Below are positions 6,762 through 13,432 of a stretch of DNA of 13,432 bases, piece after piece. The stretch is from Candidatus Rokuibacteriota bacterium (lineage in GTDB: Bacteria > Methylomirabilota > Methylomirabilia > Rokubacteriales > CSP1-6). The translations under genes and the position numbers were made by a program. The stretch covers positions 1 through 13,432 of the forward strand of contig JACPCX010000099.1 of the NCBI GenBank assembly GCA_016184305.1, given 5' to 3'. The notes under the pieces were generated by a model, which was not told the origin of the DNA, did no database searches, and was given only the letters and a program-made list of their open reading frames with translations. Numbering within the stretch: position 1 is the stretch's first letter; each line of letters starts with the position of its first letter.

Positions 6762-7109
6762 TCACCCGAGGTCGAGAGCCGCTCTCAGCCCCTCATCCAC
6801 TCGTGCCATGAGATCCGGAGCGAGCGCGCCCGTCTGCTCCGCGAGCTTAGCGCGATCGAGGGTGGTCACCTGGTGGCACAAGGCGACCCCCGGCTTCCGC
6901 AAGCCCCCGGCCGCTTCGGGAAGAGCCACCGCGCTCGGCCCGCGGCGGGCCTGTGCATCGGACGTCGAGACGGGCACCACGATGACGGAGCGCCAGCCCG
7001 CCGTCTCGTTGAAGCCGTCATGCGAGACCACGATCACGGGCCTTCGCCCTCTCTGCTCGGAGCCCGCGCGGGGGGACAGCTCCGTCCAGAAGACGTCTCC
7101 CCGCTTCAC
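6762..7109 (-). CDS. mazF: Type II toxin, PemK/MazF family endoribonuclease
   Basis: GTG start at 7109 overlaps the upstream stop. Sequence MKRGDVFWTELSPRAGSEQRGRRPVIVVSHDGFN...VIVVPVST...ALCHQVTTLDRAKL. Confidence 0.92.
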   Translation of the reverse strand: MKRGDVFWTELSPRAGSEQRGRRPVIVVSHDGFNETAGWRSVIVVPVSTSDAQARRGPSAVALPEAAGGLRKPGVALCHQVTTLDRAKLAEQTGALAPDLMARVDEGLRAALDLG

Positions 7110-7378
7110 CGCTTCCTCCGCCTTCGGGGTCGCCACAGCTCCAGCGAGGCGGCCTCGAGCGCGGGGTCGAGGTCCGCGGAGCTTCCAGCGGACTCGGCCG
7201 CGTACGCGGCGATGGCCTCGCGGACCGCCGCCTTCTTCCGCTCGCGGAGCCAGGACTCGATCGCCTGGCGCGCGAGCGTGGTGGCGGGCCGCTTCGCCGC
7301 CACCGCTTCGTCCCGAAGCGTCCGGTACAGGTCCTCCGGGAGCGGGAGATGAAAGTTCCGAAGTGCCGCCTGTTTCAT
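7106..7378 (-). CDS. Putative antitoxin, ribbon-helix-helix/CopG-like
   Basis: AGGAG RBS, ATG at 7378, 90 aa. NFHLPLPEDLYRTLRDEA...TTLARQAIESWL fits a beta-alpha-alpha pattern. Translationally coupled to mazF. Confidence 0.8.
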   Translation of the reverse strand: MKQAALRNFHLPLPEDLYRTLRDEAVAAKRPATTLARQAIESWLRERKKAAVREAIAAYAAESAGSSADLDPALEAASLELWRPRRRRKR

Positions 7379-7386
7379 GACACGTC

Positions 7387-7435
7387 TCCTGCCACGATTT
7401 CCTGCCAGTATCCCAGCCAGTCCGCCAGAGCGCAA
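7387..7435 (-). promoter_or_regulatory. Promoter and direct-repeat operator of the antitoxin-mazF operon
   Basis: TTGCGC (7435-7430), 17 bp spacer, GATACT (7412-7407) preceded by TGn. TGGCAGGA occurs twice (7387-7394, 7400-7407), with degenerate TGGC units at 7412-7419 and 7420-7427. Confidence 0.55.
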
Positions 7436-7504
7436 GGCGAAACTCCGAGGGGCCGGCGCCGCGCCGCAGGCCTCGCCACGCGACCGGGTGGGCCCGCGGC
7501 GACG

Positions 7505-7513
7505 TGGTATGAT
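7505..7513 (+). promoter_or_regulatory. Extended -10 promoter element for the downstream catabolic operon
   Basis: TGGTATGAT (TGn + TATGAT), 65 bp upstream of the ATG at 7579. Confidence 0.5.
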
Positions 7514-7578
7514 CGCGGCCGTGTCGGGGCCGGCGGAGCGGGGCCGGCCATCCACGAGGGAACGGGGGGCGAGCGAAC

Positions 7579-8610
7579 ATGAGGATCGGGATCATCGGCG
7601 CGGGGGCCGTCGGGAGCGTCGTAGGAGGCCTCCTGACCAGGGCGGGGTACGATGTGACGCTCATCGATCAGTGGCCCGAGCACGTGGAGGCCATGAAGCA
7701 GCGGGGCCTTCGGCTGAGCGGCTCCTGCGGTGACCACGTGATTCCGGTGAAGGCGCTGCACGTGCACGAGGCGCAGTCGATCGGCGAGCCCTTCGACACC
7801 GTCTTCATCGCGGTGAAGTCCTACGACACGGAGTGGGCGACCTCCCTCGGCCTGGCCTATCTCAAGCAGCCCGACGGCATCGTCGTGGACTTCCAGAACG
7901 GCATCAATGACGAGCGCGTGGCGGCGGTCGCCGGCCGGGAGCGCTGTCTCGGCTGCGTCATCACCATCGGCTGCGGCATGTACGAGGCGGGCCACGCCAT
8001 GCGCACGGACCGCGGGACGGTGGGCTTCAAGATCGGCGAGCACGATGGCTCGGACTCGGAGCGGGCGCGCGCGCTGGCGCGGATCATGGAGCACGTGGCG
8101 GGCGCCACGGTCACCACGAATCTCTGGGGCGAGCGCTGGTCGAAGCTGGCCGTCAACTGCATGGCCAACCCGCTCGCCGGCCTGAGCGGCTTCGGCTCGG
8201 CCGAGGTCCGCTCCGAGCCCGTCCCCCAGCGCATCGCCATCCACCTCGCTGCCGAGGTGATCCTGGTGGGGCGCGCGTGCGGCCAGGAGGTCGAGCCCAT
8301 CTACGGGATCGCGGCCCAGCGCTTCGTGGACGCCGCCCAGGGCCGCGGCCTCGCCGAGGTGCAGGTGGAGATGCAGGCCAGCGTCAAGTTCCTGTCGGGC
8401 GGGCGGCCGTCCATGCTGCAGGACGTGATGAAGGGCCGCCGGACCGAGATCGAGTACCTGAACGGCTACGTGTCAGCGCAGGGGCGGACGGTCGGTGTCG
8501 CGACGCCGATGAACGACGCCGTCGTCCGCACGGTGCTGAGCCATGGTGTCGGCCGGCTCAGGCCCGATCCGAAGAACCTCGAGCCCCTGCTCGCTCTCCT
8601 CCCAAAGTAG
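7579..8610 (+). CDS. Ketopantoate reductase (PanE/ApbA) family oxidoreductase
   Basis: Motifs GAGAVG (Rossmann), FIAVKSYDT, FQNG, WSKLAVN, SMLQDVMKGRRTEIEYLNG. Confidence 0.92.
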   Translation: MRIGIIGAGAVGSVVGGLLTRAGYDVTLIDQWPEHVEAMKQRGLRLSGSCGDHVIPVKALHVHEAQSIGEPFDTVFIAVKSYDTEWATSLGLAYLKQPDGIVVDFQNGINDERVAAVAGRERCLGCVITIGCGMYEAGHAMRTDRGTVGFKIGEHDGSDSERARALARIMEHVAGATVTTNLWGERWSKLAVNCMANPLAGLSGFGSAEVRSEPVPQRIAIHLAAEVILVGRACGQEVEPIYGIAAQRFVDAAQGRGLAEVQVEMQASVKFLSGGRPSMLQDVMKGRRTEIEYLNGYVSAQGRTVGVATPMNDAVVRTVLSHGVGRLRPDPKNLEPLLALLPK

Positions 8611-8622
8611 GGCGGTCGAGCC

Positions 8623-9786
8623 GTGCCCACGTTCCCCGGTTACACGCTGCCCTCGGAGCTGGCGCAGCTCCGCGATCAGGTACGCCGCTTCATCCGCGAG
8701 GAGATCCTCCCCGTCGAGCAGCGCATCGACCCGGATGCGGCCGAGATTCCCGAGGAGGACTACCGGCGGCTCTCGGCGAAGACCAGGGCCGCCGGGCTCT
8801 GGTGCCTGGGGGCGCCGGCGGAGCACGGCGGCGGCGGGCTCGACACCTTCAGCATGTCGGTGGTGCTGGAGGAAATGTCGCAGCATCGCATGGGCCTGTA
8901 CAATCCCGGCTGCGGCGTCTTCGGCCGCAACCCGCCGCCCGTCATCTGGGGCGGCACGCAAGCGCAGATCGAGAAGTACGCCCTGCCCGTCCTCCGCGAG
9001 GGCCATCACACCTTCTTCGCCATCACGGAGCCCAGCGGCGGCTCGGACCCGGCCGGCGCCATCCAGAGCCGCGGCGTCAAGCAGGGCGACCACTGGGTGA
9101 TCAACGGAACCAAGGTGTTCATCTCCCATGCCGACGAGGCCGAGTGGGGCGTGGTGTTCGTCCGCACCGACGCCGCCAAGGGCCGGGCCGGCATCTCCTG
9201 CTTCATCATCGACAAGGGCACCCCCGGCTTCACCGCGCGCCGCATCCGCACCATCCGCACCTCGGCCGTCCCCTGCGAGGTGGCGCTGGAGGATTGCCGG
9301 GTTCCCGCCGAGAACCTCCTTGGCCAGGAAGGGCGGGGCCTCGACCTCTCGTTCGATCTGTTGACGCGGCTGCGCTTCCCCTACTCCGCCTGCAATCTCG
9401 GCGTGGCCGTGGCGGCGCACCGCATGGCCATCGCCCATGCCAAGCAGCGCTCGACCTTCGGCGTGCCGCTCAGCCAGCGCCAGGCCATCCAGTGGATGCT
9501 GGCGGACGCCGAGGTGGAGCTGCGCGCGGCGCGCTGGCTCATCTGGGAGGGGGCGTGGAAGGCCGACCGCGGCGAGGACGCGCGCGTGGAGGCCTCCATC
9601 GCCAAGCTCTACTCGAGCGAGGTCCTGGCGCGCGTCGTGGACGCGGCGGTGCAGATCCACGGCGGCTACGGGGTGTCCAAGGAATTCCCGCTGGAGCGCT
9701 GGTACCGTGAGGCCCGGGTCCGCCGGATCGGCGAGGGCCCGTCGGAGGTGCACCGCATGGTCATCGCTCGCTCGCTCTTCCGGTGA
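8623..9786 (+). CDS. Acyl-CoA dehydrogenase
   Basis: Motifs FAITEPSGGSD, WVINGTKVFIS, QRSTFG, AVQIHGGYG, RIGEGPSEVHR (catalytic Glu at the MCAD-type position). Confidence 0.95.
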   Translation: MPTFPGYTLPSELAQLRDQVRRFIREEILPVEQRIDPDAAEIPEEDYRRLSAKTRAAGLWCLGAPAEHGGGGLDTFSMSVVLEEMSQHRMGLYNPGCGVFGRNPPPVIWGGTQAQIEKYALPVLREGHHTFFAITEPSGGSDPAGAIQSRGVKQGDHWVINGTKVFISHADEAEWGVVFVRTDAAKGRAGISCFIIDKGTPGFTARRIRTIRTSAVPCEVALEDCRVPAENLLGQEGRGLDLSFDLLTRLRFPYSACNLGVAVAAHRMAIAHAKQRSTFGVPLSQRQAIQWMLADAEVELRAARWLIWEGAWKADRGEDARVEASIAKLYSSEVLARVVDAAVQIHGGYGVSKEFPLERWYREARVRRIGEGPSEVHRMVIARSLFR

Positions 9787-10940
9787 TGGGCGCCGTGGGG
9801 ACCTTCCGCTTCGACCTCGGCACCCTGCCGCCCGAGGCCGAAACCCTGCGCGGCGAGGTCCGTGAGTTCCTCCGCGAGACGCTCGGGGACATGCCTCCGG
9901 TGAAGCGGGCGCGCTCGTGGGGCGGCTTCGACCGCGCGTTCAGCCGCACGGTGGGCGCGCGCGGCTGGATCGGCATGACGTGGCCCAGACGCTATGGCGG
10001 CCACGAGCGGAGCGCGCTCGAGCGCTACGTGGTGCTGGAGGAGATGCTGGCGGCCGGGGCGCCCGTGGGTGCCCACTGGATCGCAGACAGGCAGAGCGGC
10101 CCGCTGCTCCTGCGCTTCGGGACGGAGGCCCAGCGAGAGCGTTTCCTCCCCGCCATCGCCCGGGGCGAGCTGGCCTTGGCCATCGGCATGAGCGAGCCCG
10201 ACTCGGGCTCCGACCTCGCCTCGATCCGAACCCGCGCCGAGCGCGTGGACGGCGGCTACCGCGTCAACGGCACCAAGGTCTGGACGAGCAACGTCCACCG
10301 GGCCGACTACATGATCGCGCTGTTCCGGACCCGCGTGGTGCCCGAGAAGAAGCACGAGGGGCTGTCGCAGTTCCTCGTGGATCCGAAATCGCCGGGCATC
10401 ACCATCCGGCCCATCATCGAGCTGTCGGGCGCGCACCACTTCAACGAGGTGGTCTTCCAGGACGCCTTCGTGCCCGAGGACATGCGCGTGGGCGAGGAGG
10501 GCGCCGGCTGGAAGCAGGTGGGGGCCGAGCTCGCCTTCGAGCGCAGCGGGCCCGAGCGCTACCTGTCCTGCCTCGCGCTCCTCGCGGAGCTGATCCGCGC
10601 GGCCCCGGCGGACCCGGGCGAGCGGATGGCGGTTGCGCTCGGCCGGCTCGTGGCCCACCTCGCCACGCTCAGGCAGATGTCGCTCTCGGTGGCGGGCATG
10701 CTCCAGCGAGGGGAAAACCCCAACCTCGAGGCCGCGCTCGTGAAGGATCTCGGCACCAACTTCGAGCAGGAGATCCCCGAGATCGTCCACGCCTTGCTCG
10801 GGGTCGAGCCCACCGCGGGCGGGAGCGATCTCCAGCAGGTCCTCGCCTATCTGATGCAGCACGCGCCGTCCTTTTCGCTCCGCGGCGGGACGCGCGAGAT
10901 CCTGCGCGGCATCATCGCCCGCGGGCTCGGGCTGAGGTGA
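9783..10940 (+). CDS. Acyl-CoA dehydrogenase, FadE26/FadE29-like subunit
   Basis: Motifs IGMSEPDSGSDLA, VNGTKVWTS, HFNEVVF, GWKQVGAELAFERSG, SLRGGTREILRGIIARGLGL. Start overlaps the upstream stop (GTG 9783 or ATG 9786). Confidence 0.93.
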   Translation: MMGAVGTFRFDLGTLPPEAETLRGEVREFLRETLGDMPPVKRARSWGGFDRAFSRTVGARGWIGMTWPRRYGGHERSALERYVVLEEMLAAGAPVGAHWIADRQSGPLLLRFGTEAQRERFLPAIARGELALAIGMSEPDSGSDLASIRTRAERVDGGYRVNGTKVWTSNVHRADYMIALFRTRVVPEKKHEGLSQFLVDPKSPGITIRPIIELSGAHHFNEVVFQDAFVPEDMRVGEEGAGWKQVGAELAFERSGPERYLSCLALLAELIRAAPADPGERMAVALGRLVAHLATLRQMSLSVAGMLQRGENPNLEAALVKDLGTNFEQEIPEIVHALLGVEPTAGGSDLQQVLAYLMQHAPSFSLRGGTREILRGIIARGLGLR

Positions 10941-10947
10941 TGGCATC

Positions 10948-12030
10948 ATGAGCGAGCTGCGCACGATCCTCGCCGACACGATCACCCGGCTCTTCACCGA
11001 CCGCGTCACCAAGGACGTCCTCGAAGCGGCCGAGCAGGGCCAGTGGCCGGCCGCCCTCTGGCAGGCGCTCGAGGAGAGCGGGCTCACGCTGCCGCTCGTT
11101 CCCGAGAAGCAGGGCGGTGCCGGCGGCACCTGGGGGGATGCCCATGTGCTGCTCGCCGCGGCCGGGCGCTTCGGCGCGCCCGTCCCCCTCGCCGAGACCA
11201 TCATTGCGAGCTGGCTCCTGTCCGAGGCCGGCCTCGAGGTGCCGCTCGGCCCCCTGACCGTCGCGCCGGTGCACCGCGGGGACGTCCTCCGCCTGGAGCG
11301 CGGGGGCGGCGGCTGGCGGCTCAGCGGCACGGCGCAGCGGTTGCCATGGGGCGGCAGCGCCGGCCATCTCGTGGTGGTCACCTCCCCCGATGGGCCGGCC
11401 AGCGGCGCGCGGGCGATGGTGGCGCTCGTGGCAGCGGGGCACGCGCAGGTGACGCCGGACCACAACCTCGCGCTGGAGCCGCGGGACACCCTCGTCTTCG
11501 ACAACACACCCGTGCTCACCGCCGCGCCGGCCCCCCCGCTCATCCCCGGCGACATCGTCTGGCTCTGTGGCGCCCTCGCGCGCTCGGCCCAGATGGCGGG
11601 CGGCCTGGAGTCCCTCCTGGCGCAGACAGTCCAGTACGCCGGGGAGCGCAAGCAGTTCGGCAAGCCCATCGGCTCCTTCCAGGCCATCCAGTGGCAATGC
11701 GCGATCCTGGGCGAGCAGACGGCCGCGGCGGCCAGCGCGGCGGCGAGCGCATTCAGCGCGGCGGACAGGTCCGGGCCGGCCGAGGCGACCTTCGAGATCG
11801 CCGTGGCCAAGTCACGGACCGGCGAGGCGGCGGGCATCGGCGCCGGGATCGCCCACCAGGTCCACGGCGCCATCGGCTTCACCTACGAGCACAGCTTGCA
11901 CTTCGTCACGCGCCGGCTCTGGTCCTGGCGCGCCGAGTTCGGCGGCGAGAGCCACTGGGCCGAGCGGCTCGGCCGGGAGGCCGCATCCCGGGGCGCAGAC
12001 GCGCTCTGGCCCTACATCACCAGCCGGTAG
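10948..12030 (+). CDS. Acyl-CoA dehydrogenase, FadE27/FadE28-like partner subunit
   Basis: Divergent N-terminus with no EPxxGSD motif. Conserved C-terminus ERKQFGKPIGSFQAIQ and AHQVHGAIGFTYEH. Confidence 0.9.
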   Translation: MSELRTILADTITRLFTDRVTKDVLEAAEQGQWPAALWQALEESGLTLPLVPEKQGGAGGTWGDAHVLLAAAGRFGAPVPLAETIIASWLLSEAGLEVPLGPLTVAPVHRGDVLRLERGGGGWRLSGTAQRLPWGGSAGHLVVVTSPDGPASGARAMVALVAAGHAQVTPDHNLALEPRDTLVFDNTPVLTAAPAPPLIPGDIVWLCGALARSAQMAGGLESLLAQTVQYAGERKQFGKPIGSFQAIQWQCAILGEQTAAAASAAASAFSAADRSGPAEATFEIAVAKSRTGEAAGIGAGIAHQVHGAIGFTYEHSLHFVTRRLWSWRAEFGGESHWAERLGREAASRGADALWPYITSR

Positions 12031-12050
12031 CCCCGGCGGGGAGCCCAACC

Positions 12051-12785
12051 ATGACCGCCATCACCCTCGGTGAGGTCACCATCGCCCGCGTCGTGGAGAT
12101 CGGGAGCTCGTTCAACCGGACGCTCGACATGCTGCCCGACTCGACGCCCGAGGCCATTGCCCGTCACGACCGCTGGCTCAGGCCGCACTTCTTCGACGAG
12201 ACGGTGAACGACCTCGGCTCGCGCATCCAGACCTACCTGGTCCGCACGCCGCGCCACACGGTGCTCATCGATACCGGCGTGGGCAACGACAAGGCTCGTG
12301 CCGCCTCCCCGGCCTGGCACCTGCGCCAGGGCACCTACGTGTTCGTGGGGCCGGAGTGGGAGTTCTGGAAGTGGGAGAGCGAGAACGGGCGGGAGGCCTC
12401 CGGCTGCATCGCCGACAGCGTCCTGCCCATCGTGGAGGCGGGGCAGGCCCTTCTCGTGGACAGCACCCATGCCGTGGACCCGTGGCTCGCCTTCGAGCCC
12501 TCGCCCGGCCACACGCCGGGGCATGTCTCGGTGCGCCTCACCACGACCGCGGGCCGCGCCGTCTTCTCCGGCGACGTCATGCATCGCACGGTGCAGGTCG
12601 CCGAGCCCCAGTGGAGCAGCAAGTTCTGCTACGAGCCGCAGCGGGCCGCCGAGACGCGCCGGGCCTTCGTGGAGCAGCACGCCGACTCGGGCGTGCTGGT
12701 GCTCGCCGCCCACTTCCCGCGGCCCGGCTTCATCGTGCGCGAGGCCGGCGAGCATCGCTTCACCCCCACTGCCGAGGGGTTCTGA
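12051..12785 (+). CDS. MBL-fold metallo-hydrolase, apparently with an in-frame internal deletion (possible pseudogene)
   Basis: ATG at 12051 after GGGGAG. Has VLIDTGVG, GHTPGH, FSGD and AAHF, but no HxHxDH motif. Confidence 0.8.
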   Translation: MTAITLGEVTIARVVEIGSSFNRTLDMLPDSTPEAIARHDRWLRPHFFDETVNDLGSRIQTYLVRTPRHTVLIDTGVGNDKARAASPAWHLRQGTYVFVGPEWEFWKWESENGREASGCIADSVLPIVEAGQALLVDSTHAVDPWLAFEPSPGHTPGHVSVRLTTTAGRAVFSGDVMHRTVQVAEPQWSSKFCYEPQRAAETRRAFVEQHADSGVLVLAAHFPRPGFIVREAGEHRFTPTAEGF

Positions 12786-13432
12786 TGCCCCTGCCCCTCG
12801 AGGGCCTCAACGTCGTCGAGATCGCGCAGAACCTGGCCGGCCCCTTCGCCGCCGAGATCCTCGCCCACCTGGGCGCGGATGTGGTGAAGGTCGAGCGCCC
12901 CGGGGGCGGCGACGACGCACGCGGCTGGGGCCCGCCGTTCTGGCGCGGCATCTCCCCCGCCTACCTCGCCATGAACACCAACAAGCGCGGGATCACCGTG
13001 GACCTGAAGGACCCGCAGGATGTCGCCTGGCTCGCGAGCTACGTCGCGCGCGCGGATGTCCTCATCCAGAACCTCCGCCCCGGCGTGGTGGAGGAGCTGG
13101 GGCTGGGGGCGGACGCGCTCATGGCGCGCAACCCGCGGCTGATCTACTGCTCGCTCCGGGCCTTCGGCCTCACCGGACCCATGCGCCTGCACCCCGGCTA
13201 CGAGCCCATGGTCCAGGCCTTCTCGGGCCTGATGATGATGAACGGTGACGAGGGCGGCCCCCCGACACGCATCGGCACCTCCATCCTCGACTTCGGCACC
13301 GGGATGTGGGCGACCATCGGCACGCTGGCCGCCCTGCTGCAGCGCCAGCACACCGGGCGCGGCTGCGTCGTGGACACCTCGCTCCTCGAGACGGGGCTCG
13401 CGTGGCTCACGGGGCACTTCGCCACCTATCGC
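12785..13432 (+). CDS. CaiB/BaiF family (class III) CoA-transferase, partial at window edge
   Basis: Not in the ORF track. ATG overlaps the upstream TGA (TGATG). Sequence MPLPLEGLNVVEIAQNLAGPFAAEILAHLGADVVKVERPGGGDDAR...NTNKRGITVDLK...ADVLIQNLRPG...NPRLIYCS...TSILDFGTG (catalytic Asp). Confidence 0.95.
   Translation, partial: MPLPLEGLNVVEIAQNLAGPFAAEILAHLGADVVKVERPGGGDDARGWGPPFWRGISPAYLAMNTNKRGITVDLKDPQDVAWLASYVARADVLIQNLRPGVVEELGLGADALMARNPRLIYCSLRAFGLTGPMRLHPGYEPMVQAFSGLMMMNGDEGGPPTRIGTSILDFGTGMWATIGTLAALLQRQHTGRGCVVDTSLLETGLAWLTGHFATYR

Noticed and set aside
9666..11882. 738-aa minus-strand ORF and other long antisense or alternate-frame ORFs (e.g. 5956-7380, 8277-9710, 8473-9753)
   Set aside because: Shadow ORFs of high-GC genes with low-complexity R/A/P/G composition and no recognisable motifs.
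11043..12050. Long upstream extension of the MBL ORF (580 aa in the track)
   Set aside because: Overlaps the ACAD gene out of frame. ATG 12051 has its own RBS-like site.
1..13432. CRISPR array, transposase, integrase or reverse transcriptase
   Set aside because: No regularly spaced repeats and no ORF with DDE, tyrosine/serine recombinase or YADD motifs were seen.

Overview
High-GC bacterial window of ordinary-looking metabolic genes with several unusual non-coding and broken elements. In order: the 5' part of a D-2-hydroxyacid dehydrogenase (minus strand); a ~720 bp intergenic region with two back-to-back homologous sigma70-type promoters (imperfect inverted repeat) and a structured leader resembling a group II intron domain I fragment; an exported isochorismatase-family protein lacking the catalytic Cys; an internally deleted, frameshifted VOC-like gene; a coupled nhaA + Na+/Ca2+ (CaCA) antiporter pair; a Phd/YefM-VapC toxin-antitoxin (TA) module; an LLM-class oxidoreductase; a MazF/PemK toxin with a putative RHH-type antitoxin; and a catabolic operon (ketopantoate reductase-like protein, three acyl-CoA dehydrogenases, an MBL-fold hydrolase missing its HxHxDH motif, and a CaiB/BaiF CoA-transferase running off the end). 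All family calls come from motif recognition by eye; no searches were run.
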